From Marispirochaeta sp. (lineage in GTDB: Bacteria > Spirochaetota > Spirochaetia > JC444 > Marispirochaetaceae), in NCBI GenBank assembly GCA_963676835.2, contig CAXXFF010000003.1, positions 352,001 to 416,000 on the forward strand: a DNA stretch of 64,000 nt, read 5' to 3'. Positions 47,247 through 59,073 of the stretch are shown here, piece by piece; the stretch's first letter is position 1; the number at the start of each line of letters is the position of its first letter. The notes beneath the pieces were generated by a model, which had not been told where the DNA came from, did not search any database, and saw only the letters and a program-made list of their open reading frames with translations. The translations under genes and the position numbers were made by a program.

Positions 47247-50200
47247 TTATCGGGCTTTAATCCCCAGGGGAAAATCATTCCCGAACATAAAAGTTGTTGG
47301 AAATTGAATACTGCTTTTATACCGTTCAGAAAGATTCGGGACCGCCTCGTCTATGTACAAACGCAGACTGGAAGCGGTTATCCTCCCGTCCCGGGTGGCA
47401 GCCTCTCCGCTGATTCCCTGAATAAGCGCATAGGTAAAAACCCCGTGCCCGAGCTGTGCAACCTCAGAGGCAAACTGTTCGTCATTGGTGGCTGTTAAAA
47501 TCACCGAACCGCTGGCCCGGGCAAGCTGCTTCAGGGCGATCTCTTCAGCCGCGCCGCGTACAGCAAAACCTTCCGCAAAAGCGCCGGAATTGCAGGCATC
47601 CACCAGAATCATTTGCTTGGTTGCAGGAATAGCTGAAAGCCGTTCCCGGAATTCGGCAGAGGACAAGCCGTGGGAGAGAATATTGTCGGTCCGGGTCATC
47701 TGGGTAACCTCGGGCAACACAAAATAGAAGCTGTTTTTCCCCTCATCCTCCATGGCTATCCCGTGACCAGCATAATAGAGAACAAACACATCATCCGGCT
47801 TCGAAGATGAAGTTACCTGATCAAGCATGCGTATAACATTTTCCCGGGTCAGGTTTTGTTCATACAGACTGGTTATCCTCACATTCCCGAAAAGTGTGGA
47901 TGAAGCCTGTCTAATAGAGGTCTCAAATGCCTTCGCATCAGCCAGTGCATAATTCAAATTGTATCTTGGATTTTTGTAGGAGTTAGCGCCAAGAATTACT
48001 GCATACAAATCCGGTTTTCCAGAGGAAGAAGACTGGTAACGGGCGGTAAAAGCTGCGGGAATACTCTGGGTTCGTTCACTGCTGAAGGCAACTGCAGAAA
48101 CCGTATTGTCGCCATTTGCAAGGGATATGGTAAAATACTCAACCACAGAGCCGGATGCTGCTGACCGCTGCAAACCTCTTACATTCCTTTCCAGAGCCTT
48201 GTTGTTGAGGTACAGCAGCATATTATCTATCCCCCCTCCCTGATCAACCGCTGTTACCTTTAACTCCAGCTGACCTTTAAATGATCCCGGAACAGAAAAG
48301 AGATTACCCGGAGTTATATATGCACCGTTTTCATTCTTCACTTCAACAGTAACCCTGGGCGGCAGGGAAATCCCGTCCTGTATCGATGCGTTCTGGTACT
48401 GCTGATACTCTTTCCCCTGAATAATAGCCGCCACAATATCAGGGCGGTTATACTTTTCAAAAAACGAGTCTATAGGATAGCAGTTCACACCCTCAACTAC
48501 GTAAATATCATTTCTGGCAATAGAATCGGAGCCTTGAAAATAACCTTCCGGAGTCCAGGTAAGCCAGTCGCCGGATTGCTGGGTAAAAGTGTATGAGAGA
48601 TCTTCCCCTGTCTGAATATTCATTAATTCAACCAGTCCGGAACTATGCGTTCTAAAAACAAGCTTGCTGCCGTCAGGGCTGAGCTCTCCGTAGGAGATCC
48701 AGTGGTACCTTTCAAATTCCCGCTTAATCCTTCCAGTTGCAGTTTCAAGGACGGTAAAGCCTATATCCCGGACAAACAGCACCATTTCACCTGTTCTTTC
48801 GGAAAAGGCTGTCCCATCAATGGTTTGAAATTGAGAAGAAAACTGACTTTTTGAAAAGGAATACCTCCAAATGAGATCTCCGGTCAAAAAGTCGTTGCAA
48901 TATAAAGAATGGTCCGAGGCATTACTATCGCTGCCCCAGAAAAGATATTTCCCATCAGAAGACATACTGAAAATGGCATCGTTACCCGGCGTATTCAGGG
49001 AGTAAGGTAGGGAATTACCCGTAGCGACATCAATCATTCGGTATTTGTTAATGTGCTGACCACTCTGATATTCCTTATAAACCAACCGATTAATTTCCGG
49101 ATGTACAAAAATCCGTCCTTTAATATTTTCTTTTTTCCACAGAAGTCTTCCGGTTGCAGTATCCAGTACTTCTATTGTATCGTTACTGAAGGATTTAAAA
49201 ACTTCATAGCGGCCGTCACCGGTAATGGCTGAGTAATCATTTATTCCAGGCTTTCTATGGGTCTGTACCTGAGCATCCGCATTCCTGCTGATAAGCTGCA
49301 TGCTGTCTGCACTAAATTCCCATTCAACATCCCGTTGCCCAATAAGAATAGATTTTCCATCATCACTGAAGTTGACGTCATAGATATTCTGCATGGTTAT
49401 ACCACCGAGGGATCCTTCCTGATGGCCATTGCTTCTATTCCAGAATTTTATTTCGTTTGTTCTGCTTTTAGTAATCAGATAATTCTGATATTTATCATAA
49501 CAACGAAAATAAATGTTGCTGTCATAAGTATTTGAATGAGGATCATCTGTTTTTACTCTGTAGAGTTTATTTGTTGTAAGGTTGTATCTTTTTAAACCAG
49601 GTAGACGTAAAGTTGATCCTTCATAGAATACATAATCCCCATCTTGGGAATGGATAATTTCACTGATGCTGAGAGCACCAGCGCCACCAATATCTTCCAA
49701 TCGGGTCCAGGTGTTCGTATTCAGGTCCCAAACACCTACATAATGTGTATACGGATTTTCCTGCCTTTCTGTTCCAATAATCTTTGAGAAATTACCAACT
49801 TTTGGATAAATCTCGATACCATCAATCGTTTTATATTCATTTGCCGTAAAAGTGTCTTTGCTCCATCGTTCCAAATAAGTGTTTCCATGTAAGTGGTATG
49901 CCAAAAGAAAATTACCATCATGGTCGCAATCAATAACCTCATGGGTATTCCAGAAATTAAAATCCTTAATCATTTGGCCAGTCGCCGTACTATAAATTCT
50001 TACCCAACTCTGCTTCTGTCCTTTGAAAATGACACCGGTAACAATAAGATATCTGTTGTCATATGAAAACTTAGCCGAAAATGTCCTGTCCATGGGCCCT
50101 TCAAGCTTGACTTCATTTCCTGTTTGAAGGTTTATCAGTGACGATATTTTCCCCCCGCCAAGATAATACATACTGCTGTCAGGGGAAAATTCAATAATAA

Positions 50201-50459
50201 CACTCCCCCCTCCGCTGTCATGTACATGTTCCCGAATACTGGCCCCGGTATTCCTGTAATCCCATAAAATAGATTTATCCCCTCCCCAGGACATCAGATA
50301 TTTACCATCCGGGCTTATCTTAACCAGGTTCGGGGAGCTTGAATGGCCAAGGTTAACCCTTACTTCAGCAGGCGAATTGTTTATGTTCTGTGAATATACA
50401 TTGATTAAAATGCTTATGGAGAAAAAGAGAAAAAACCCCAGTTTTTTATAGTTTTTCAT
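47247..50459 (-). CDS. Secreted WD40/beta-propeller protein with C-terminal caspase-like (peptidase C14) domain
   Basis: Signal peptide; SPDGKY repeats; WLTWTPEGYF; LNYALADA; YAGHG and DACNSG catalytic dyad; GHGVFTYAL. Confidence 0.88.
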   Translation of the reverse strand: MKNYKKLGFFLFFSISILINVYSQNINNSPAEVRVNLGHSSSPNLVKISPDGKYLMSWGGDKSILWDYRNTGASIREHVHDSGGGSVIIEFSPDSSMYYLGGGKISSLINLQTGNEVKLEGPMDRTFSAKFSYDNRYLIVTGVIFKGQKQSWVRIYSTATGQMIKDFNFWNTHEVIDCDHDGNFLLAYHLHGNTYLERWSKDTFTANEYKTIDGIEIYPKVGNFSKIIGTERQENPYTHYVGVWDLNTNTWTRLEDIGGAGALSISEIIHSQDGDYVFYEGSTLRLPGLKRYNLTTNKLYRVKTDDPHSNTYDSNIYFRCYDKYQNYLITKSRTNEIKFWNRSNGHQEGSLGGITMQNIYDVNFSDDGKSILIGQRDVEWEFSADSMQLISRNADAQVQTHRKPGINDYSAITGDGRYEVFKSFSNDTIEVLDTATGRLLWKKENIKGRIFVHPEINRLVYKEYQSGQHINKYRMIDVATGNSLPYSLNTPGNDAIFSMSSDGKYLFWGSDSNASDHSLYCNDFLTGDLIWRYSFSKSQFSSQFQTIDGTAFSERTGEMVLFVRDIGFTVLETATGRIKREFERYHWISYGELSPDGSKLVFRTHSSGLVELMNIQTGEDLSYTFTQQSGDWLTWTPEGYFQGSDSIARNDIYVVEGVNCYPIDSFFEKYNRPDIVAAIIQGKEYQQYQNASIQDGISLPPRVTVEVKNENGAYITPGNLFSVPGSFKGQLELKVTAVDQGGGIDNMLLYLNNKALERNVRGLQRSAASGSVVEYFTISLANGDNTVSAVAFSSERTQSIPAAFTARYQSSSSGKPDLYAVILGANSYKNPRYNLNYALADAKAFETSIRQASSTLFGNVRITSLYEQNLTRENVIRMLDQVTSSSKPDDVFVLYYAGHGIAMEDEGKNSFYFVLPEVTQMTRTDNILSHGLSSAEFRERLSAIPATKQMILVDACNSGAFAEGFAVRGAAEEIALKQLARASGSVILTATNDEQFASEVAQLGHGVFTYALIQGISGEAATRDGRITASSLRLYIDEAVPNLSERYKSSIQFPTTFMFGNDFPLGIKAR

Positions 50460-50863
50460 GGAATAAGGCTCCTGTTGATCATTGCAATAAGATAAAACCG
50501 CAGGACAGCTTCAGTATTCTGATAACTGTAACGAGTAGCATAATTAAATTCAATATGTGCAAAAATGTAACTGATTGATCTCTAATATTATTTATAAATG
50601 TTTAATTTTTTGTGATTTTTGTTATTTGCGTGAGCATCAGATAAGGAAGCAGAGAGTCGGAATAAATAACGGGAATTGCCTGACAATTATATGGCATTAT
50701 ATTTTAGGATTGACTTGAAGAATGGTTTAATCTACGCAGGCTCCGCTAGGCCGTAATCTTCGATTACCTTGTGTTCGCGCATTTGACCTTGCATAGTCGC
50801 GCTGATCTCAAAAATCGGCGGGCTTTTTGTAACCGTCAATTAAACCTCACCCAGAGAAAAAAA

Positions 50864-52384
50864 TCAGAGGGAAATATTCCATGGCAGCAATTTTTCCCAG
50901 TTATCAGATTCATTCATGAGTGGAGCTTCCTCAAAAACGCGTCTCAGGTAGTCGTTCGGGTTCACATTATTTTGTTTGGCTGTCTCAATCAGTGAATACA
51001 TGGCACAGGAACTTTCAGCCCCCTTTGGACTACCGGAAAATAACCAGTTCTTTCGGCCCAGAACAAACGGCCGAATAGCCTGTTCCGCGCTATTGTTGTC
51101 AGGTGTCAGATAGGGAGAATCGAGGTAGTGTACCAGTTTCTCCCATTCGTTCAAGGTGTACTGAATTGCTTTCCCAAGCAATAACGAAGGAGGAACCTGC
51201 TGACTGCGTTTTTCAAGCCAGGTTCTAAACTTCTGCAAAACCGGTTCCGCCTGAGATTTGCGCTGGTCAACAAACTGGTCTTCGGGCAATTCCATACTGC
51301 GAAGACGCTCTTCAATTCCATACAGTTTCCTGATGGCATTCAATGCTTCCTGTGCACTTGCTGCTTTCTTCGAGGCCTTTGCAGCTTCATGAAACTTTCG
51401 CCGAACATGGGCCATGCAGCCGACATGGACTATCTGTTCATTCCCCGCCAGGGCTGTACGATACGCATCATAGCCGTCGGTCTGTAAAAAGCCGCTGAAT
51501 CCATCGAGAAGTTCTTTAATATGCCGGGACCCGCGGGTTTCCCGGTATGAGTAAAGCAATCCCGGGTTTTCCGGAGGGCCGCCGCGGGCAAGCCACATAT
51601 AGGATTTCGCCGTGTCAGGGCGTTCCGGTTCTCCGTGTACCTGGACCGGGGTTTCATCCATGTTGATGACCGGCCCTGACCGGATATGCGTTTTCAGTGT
51701 TTCTATTAACGGTTCAATTTTATCAAACGCCGCCTGCTGCCAGTTGCTCATGTTCTGACGGCTTATGTGGATGCCGATTCTTTCAAACCGTTTCTCCTGC
51801 CGGTAATAGGGCAGATGATCGACAAACTTGTTCACTATGATGAAGGAGATCAATCCTGGCGTTACAATGCTTTTAGGGATAATACTTGCAGGGGGATCAG
51901 CAACCCTTACTGCCGGCTTCTCTTCATCCCCGGAGCCTTCACAGTTTTTACAGGCATACTTGGGGCGGATAATCCGTTCCACCCACATCTTCGGGGGGAT
52001 TACCTGTAAGCGCTCGCTGGTCTCTTCGCCGATACGAACCAGCGCATGGCCGCAGGCACACTGTTTTTCTTCTTCGGGAATATCAATGATGATCTCATCC
52101 CGGGGAAGGCTTTCATCAATTGGTTTTCTGCCGTATTTCCTGCGGGGATGGGACTGAACTGGTACGGAAGTCTCTGATGCATCGTTCTCCGAAGTACCAT
52201 TCTCTTCAAGTCCGAACAACAGCGGTTGATACTCATCCAGTTGTTCTTTTTCACTTTTACGGCCAAATTTCTGAAGAAGAAGCAATTTGTACTGCTCTTC
52301 CAAGGCACCATAACGCTGCTCCCAGGAAGTATTAAGTTCGTGGATATAGTCCTGTACTTCCCTGGGAAGTTCTGTAACATCCAT
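50864..52384 (-). CDS. tnpC: IS66 transposase TnpC
   Basis: FGRKSEK, C-x-C...C-x2-C, DHLPYYRQ, MDETP, CMAHVRRKF, DNNSAEQAIRP, GRKNWLF. Confidence 0.95.
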   Translation of the reverse strand: MDVTELPREVQDYIHELNTSWEQRYGALEEQYKLLLLQKFGRKSEKEQLDEYQPLLFGLEENGTSENDASETSVPVQSHPRRKYGRKPIDESLPRDEIIIDIPEEEKQCACGHALVRIGEETSERLQVIPPKMWVERIIRPKYACKNCEGSGDEEKPAVRVADPPASIIPKSIVTPGLISFIIVNKFVDHLPYYRQEKRFERIGIHISRQNMSNWQQAAFDKIEPLIETLKTHIRSGPVINMDETPVQVHGEPERPDTAKSYMWLARGGPPENPGLLYSYRETRGSRHIKELLDGFSGFLQTDGYDAYRTALAGNEQIVHVGCMAHVRRKFHEAAKASKKAASAQEALNAIRKLYGIEERLRSMELPEDQFVDQRKSQAEPVLQKFRTWLEKRSQQVPPSLLLGKAIQYTLNEWEKLVHYLDSPYLTPDNNSAEQAIRPFVLGRKNWLFSGSPKGAESSCAMYSLIETAKQNNVNPNDYLRRVFEEAPLMNESDNWEKLLPWNISL

Positions 52385-52445
52385 GCTAATAAGAATTCTA
52401 GCATGCCGTACATTCTATGTAAATTCCTTTACACCAATAAAATGC

Positions 52446-52793
52446 TTAAGAAACCCGCGAATATTCCAAACTAGTATGTTCATTCCAAAAATCGATGCCT
52501 TTCAACAGCATCGATAGCTGTTCCGGGGTAATCATACGTGCAGTTTCTTCGGTTACGGGCCAGGGAAACTTATGCTTTTCCAGTTTCTTCTGCCAGAGAC
52601 AGAATCCGTTCTTGTCCCAGTAGAGGGCTTTCATAATTCGTCGTTCGCGGTTGCAGAACAGAAACAGATTGCCGCTTAACGGATTTTCATTCATATAGTC
52701 CTGCACCATGACAACTAAGCCGTTGATTGCTTTACGCATATCAGTGATGCCTGGCCGGATAAATATCTGTACCGCTGATAATTCTGGGGTCAT
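52446..52793 (-). CDS. tnpB: IS66 accessory protein TnpB
   Basis: TDMRKAINGL, LFLFCNRER, LYWDKNGFCLWQKKLE. Confidence 0.93.
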   Translation of the reverse strand: MTPELSAVQIFIRPGITDMRKAINGLVVMVQDYMNENPLSGNLFLFCNRERRIMKALYWDKNGFCLWQKKLEKHKFPWPVTEETARMITPEQLSMLLKGIDFWNEHTSLEYSRVS

Positions 52794-53119
52794 TCATAAA
52801 CCCTCAAGGCTGTTAATACTGCTTTAAGCTGGTCATGGTTTGCTGTTACCGGCAGAGTAATAACAATATCGTGCAACTTTATGGTAATGGTTTCTTTTTT
52901 GGATAAATGATGAAAAGAGCTTTTTACTGGTATGAACCGGGCTGCTGCTGTTTCAGAGCCTATTCCGGTTTGTACGGCACGTTTCCTTTCGGCTTTTTTC
53001 CAGCTGTAAAATGTTGTGGGTGGTATTTCGTGCTGCCGGCAATACACCTGCCCGCTTAACCCACTTTTTTCCCAATTTCTGAGATGTTCACTCTGCTGTT
53101 CCCGGTTATATTTGACCAT
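52790..53119 (-). CDS. tnpA: IS66 accessory protein TnpA
   Basis: WEKSGLSGQVYCRQHEI...TFYSWKK HTH; FIPV. Confidence 0.88.
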   Translation of the reverse strand: MVKYNREQQSEHLRNWEKSGLSGQVYCRQHEIPPTTFYSWKKAERKRAVQTGIGSETAAARFIPVKSSFHHLSKKETITIKLHDIVITLPVTANHDQLKAVLTALRVYE

Positions 53120-53297
53120 GCGATTCCTCCATTAAGGGAGGATTGTAGGGCATTCATTGATGTCGGCATAAGGTGGGGTTTAATTGACGGTTACGTTTAA
53201 TTGACGGTTACGTTACTTTGGCTGCGCCAAGCCGCGCTGATCTGCGACGTCGCCTGGCTTTTTTTTGTCCAACGGTAAAACCGTTTGGACAAAAAAA

Positions 53298-53409
53298 AGC
53301 CAGGCGACGTCCTACTCTCCCGCTTTCGCAGTACCATCGGCGCTGAAGGGCTTAACTTCCGTGTTCGACATGGGAACGGGTGGATCCCCTTCGCTAAGGT
53401 CACCTGGCA
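53298..53409 (-). rRNA. rrf: 5S rRNA
   Basis: Reverse complement GCCAGGTGACC...CCCATGTCGAACACGGAAGTTAAG...GCCGATGGTACTG...GGGAGAGTAGGACGTCGCCTGGC; ends approximate. Confidence 0.93.
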
Positions 53410-54011
53410 ATAATTACCATTTTACGGTCACCATCGGGGTGTACCCCTCCGGCTTCCTTTGTTCAAGCTACTCACAGGTCAGCAAAGCCGCCTGTTCGTA
53501 TTGAACGTTTAGTGCGTCTATCCTAAAAGGATAAACTATTTTGTTTTTGTCTTTCGACTATAGAGCACATACTCAGTAACTGTTTAATCAGCTCTGAAAA
53601 ACGGTCGGGTCCCCCGACCGGCTTTTCATTCGTCGGGCAGAGGGTAGTCGATGGAGTACTCTCCAGCGACGACCGTAAAAGGAGAAGAAGCACACAATAA
53701 TATGGTCAAGCCTCACGACTAATTAGTACTGGTCAGCTGAACATGTTACCATGCTTAGACCGCCAGCCTATCAACCAGATCTTCTCTCTGGTGTCTTCAG
53801 GGACCTTAAAGGCCCTGGGATGTCTCATCTCGAGGGGGGCTTCCCACTTAGATGCCTTCAGCGGTTATCCCGACCGAACTTGGCTACCCAGCACTTACCC
53901 TTGGCAGGATAACTGGTACACCAGAGGTTCGTCCATTCCGGTCCTCTCGTACTAAGAACAGATCCTCTCAAACATCCAACGCCTGTGGCAGATAGGGACC
54001 GAACTGTCTCG

Positions 54012-54076
<65 letters not shown>

Positions 54077-54077
54077 C

Positions 54078-54117
<40 letters not shown>

Positions 54118-54323
54118 TTTGCCGTCGATATGAACTCTTGGGCAAAATCAGCCTGTTATCCCCGGAGTACCTTTTGTCCGTTAAGTGACGGCCCTTCCAC
54201 TCAGAACCGCCAGATCACTAAGACCTACTTTCGTACCTGCTCGACATGTACGTCTCGCAGTCAAGCAACCTTGTGCCTTTGCACTCGTACATTGATTTCC
54301 AACCAATGCGAGGTTACCTTCGC

Positions 54324-54365
<42 letters not shown>

Positions 54366-54636
54366 CGCCCACCTGACATTGTCCACGTACCCGCTTCAGG
54401 GCACCCGTTAGAAATATAACTTGCAAAGGGAGGTATTTCACCAACGACTCTGCGCAACCTAGCGACCACGCTTCTTAGTCTCCCTCCTATCCTACACATT
54501 ACAAGCCACATTTCAATGCCAAGCTACAGTAAAGGTTCACGGGGTCTTTCCGTCTAACCACAGGTAATCGGCATCTTCACCGATACTTCAATTTCACCGG
54601 GTTTCACGTTGAGACAGCGTTCAAGTCGTTACACCA

Positions 54637-54710
<74 letters not shown>

Positions 54711-55406
54711 TGGGGCTTCAATTCGACGCTCTCACATCTCCTCTTAACCTTCCAGCACCGGGCAGGTGTCAGTCCCTATACTTCATCTTGCGATTTAGCA
54801 GAGACCTGTGTTTTTGGTAAACAGTCGCTTGAACCTTTTCTCTGCAACCCCTAACAAACTTTAACATCCATCGGGGGCCACACTTCTCCCTAAGTTACGT
54901 GTGTATTTTGCCGAGTTCCTTAACGTGAATTCTCCCGAGCGCCTTAGAATACTCATCCCGCCTACCTGTGTCGGTTTGCGGTACGGTCCCTTACAGCATA
55001 TCTTTAGAAGCTATTTCTCGGCACCTTGATCCCACCAGCTTCGCTCGTCCGTAGACTCACTCGTCTTAACACCTCGTCTCAAACTGCGGATTTACCTGCA
55101 GCTCTCAACAACTAAGTGCTTAAACCGGGACAACCATCGCCCGGCCTGGCTTCGCCTAATGCGTCGCTCCATCAGTCCTGTAAGAGGTACGGGAATATTA
55201 ACCCGTTTCCCATCGACTACGCCTTTCGGCCTCGCCTTAGGGGCCGACTAACCCTTGGGCAGATTACCTTAACCCTGGAATCCTTAGGCTTTCGGCGGAC
55301 AGGGATCTCACCTGTCTTTTCGTTACTCATGCCTGCATTCTCTCTTCCATCCCCTCCAGCATCCCTTTCAGGACACCTTCAACAGTACATGGAATGCTCC
55401 TCTACC

Positions 55407-55708
55407 CCCTGCACCTATTTAAAATCACCAGTTATTAGACTATTCGATATTCGTTCGAGCATTTGACGTCTTGCTCGTCCGTCTTTTAATCGCTTTTCAC
55501 GTTTTTGCGCATCAGATTTGCTTAAGTATGCTTCATAATACACTAAATGCCATTCGTCATTTTTTGTGTACGGGCTTAGTTTCCCTTCATGCTCACTCAT
55601 TCGTCTTTTAAGATCACTTGTATAACCAATATACACATGCTCTTTTTGACTCTTCAGCACATAAACGTAATACATAATCTAACCTCGTAATTTTAAATAG
55701 GTGCAGGG
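55407..55708 (-). other. 23S rRNA intervening sequence (helix 45 position) bounded by a 19-bp perfect inverted repeat
   Basis: Lies between CGAAGCTACGG and GGTAGAGGAGC on the rRNA strand; CCCTGCACCTATTTAAAAT/ATTTTAAATAGGTGCAGGG. Confidence 0.88.
55415..55675 (-). CDS. Single-domain GIY-YIG nuclease encoded within the 23S IVS
   Basis: YYVYVL...VYIGYTSDLKRR..EH...YTK...LVYYE...DAQKRE; SD GAGG; same sense as the rRNA; stop TAG lies inside the IR. Confidence 0.85.
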   Translation of the reverse strand: MYYVYVLKSQKEHVYIGYTSDLKRRMSEHEGKLSPYTKNDEWHLVYYEAYLSKSDAQKREKRLKDGRARRQMLERISNSLITGDFK

Positions 55709-55758
55709 CCGTAGCTTCGGTACTATGCTTAGCCCCGTTACATTGTCGGCGCACAACG

Positions 55759-55793
<35 letters not shown>

Positions 55794-55794
55794 T

Positions 55795-55827
<33 letters not shown>

Positions 55828-56323
55828 TCGCCGTTGCACTTCCTTTTCCACTCGAGCATAGTTCTGAGACCTTAGCTGACGGTCTGGGCTGTTTCCCTCT
55901 TGACCACGAATCTTGTCACCCGTAGTCTGACTCCCGCGCATCATTTAACCGGCATTCGGAGTTTGACTGAGTTTGGTACCCGGTGAAGGGCCCTAGCCCA
56001 ATCAGTGCTCTACCTCCGGCAAACTAACGCGAGGCTAGCCCTAAAGCTATTTCGAGGAGTGCCAGCTATCTCCGAGTTTGATTAGCCTTTCACTCCTATC
56101 CACACCTCATCCCTGCCTTTTTCAACAGACTAGGGTTCGGTCCTCCACTTTGTGTTACCAAAGCTTCAACCTGGACATGGATAGATCACTCGGCTTCGGG
56201 TCTACCGCATGCTACTAAATCGCCCTATTCAGACTCGGTTTCCCTTCGGCTTCGGTACTTCTATACCTTAACCTCGCAACATACGGTAACTCGCAGGCTC
56301 ATTCTACAAAAGGCACGCCATCA

Positions 56324-56424
56324 CCCGGCACCTAAATCCCCCAAATAAGCTCTTCGTTTTCGCCTACTTGGCTTGTTTAGCTCTCTAAACACCAAGATTC
56401 TCATCTCAGGATTTAGGTGCCGGG
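56324..56424 (-). other. Second 23S insert/IVS (helix 25 position) bounded by a 16-bp perfect inverted repeat
   Basis: Lies between TACAAGCGGTCAAAG and TGATGGCGTGCC on the rRNA strand; CCCGGCACCTAAATCC/GGATTTAGGTGCCGGG. Confidence 0.78.
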
Positions 56425-57036
56425 CTTTGACCGCTTGTAGGTCCACGGTTTCAGGTTCTATTTCACTCCCCTCCCGGGGTGCTTTTCACCGTTCCCTCAC
56501 GGTACTATTCGCTATCGGTAGCTGTCTCGTATTTAGCCTTGGAAGGTGGTCCTCCCGGATTCAAACAGGATTTCTCGTGTCCCGTCCTACTCAGGTACGC
56601 GCTCAGCGCTCACTCATGTTTCGACTACGGGGCTTTCACCCTCTTTGACCGGCTTTTCCAATACCGTTCGTCTACACTTATAAGTCACCTTTATGCACGC
56701 CCTACAACCCCAGTGCGCATGCGTACTGGTTTGGGCTATATCCCGTTCGCTCGCCGCTACTCAGGATATCTCTTTTGATTTCTTTTCCTCTGGGTACTTA
56801 GATGGTTCAGTTCCCCAGGTATTGCTCATATATGCTATTTTATTCACATATATGTGACAGAGAGTCTACTCTGCCGGGTTACCCCATTCGGTGATCCAGG
56901 GTTCAATAGATGTTTGCTCCTACCCCTGGCTTTTCGCAGCTTACCACGACCTTCTTCGCCGGACAGCTCCAAGGCATCCTCCGTGGACCCTTATTCGCTT
57001 GACCATATTAGTTTGTGCTCCTTCTTTGGCGGTTGC

Positions 57037-57066
57037 CCCTGCACTAAATTATTATTTAGTGCAGGG
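57037..57066. repeat. Minimal hairpin copy of the same IR family in the rRNA spacer
   Basis: CCCTGCACTAAAT-TATT-ATTTAGTGCAGGG. Confidence 0.7.
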
Positions 57067-57294
57067 TCTCCCTTGGTGCTGTTGCGCAGTCTCAGAGTCG
57101 GCAAAGCCGCTCTTCGCTGCACGAAAGTCATCAAGAGTGTAGTCGCAGTTGCCCGCTAAACTACATTCGCAACCATCCCGAAACTCCCCTTTATGATGCA
57201 ACTACTTCCCATTTCGTTACACCGGTATGTTCCGGTTCTCTATGTCAAAAGATCGAAAAAAAATAACCTAAGTTTAAAACTTTGGTTATTGTTA

Positions 57295-57368
<74 letters not shown>

Positions 57369-57546
57369 GGATATATAAAGATAAGGGCGAAGATTTCCGC
57401 TTATTAAAAAGCAAGTTTACCTTGTATGTTTCATACTTATCCCGTCTGTATCCCATTTACAAAAGCTTTGTCAGACTTGCGTCTTAAAAAGCATCCGCTC
57501 AGCTTTAATGCTGATTGAGAACTATTCGTTCCAGTTCCCTTCTCGT

Positions 57547-59073
<1,527 letters not shown>

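Larger units (their letters stand above)
50829..53194 (-). mobile_element. IS66-family insertion sequence (tnpA-tnpB-tnpC)
   Basis: 23-bp terminal IRs GTAACCGTCAATTAAACC(T/C)CACC at 50829-50851 and 53172-53194; three ORFs of typical IS66 organisation. Confidence 0.92.

Noticed and set aside
46822..47498. Plus-strand ORFs of 161 and 120 aa
   Set aside because: They read through the REP-like palindrome and antisense to the caspase gene; no recognisable motifs
50798..53243. CGCGCTGATCT on both sides of the IS66 as a target duplication
   Set aside because: The 11-mer copies are about 20 bp or more from the IS ends rather than abutting them; cannot be distinguished from chance or a local repeat
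55407..55708. Group I intron with homing endonuclease
   Set aside because: Only about 40 nt lie outside the ORF and they form the terminal stem, leaving no room for a ribozyme core; the position fits an IVS
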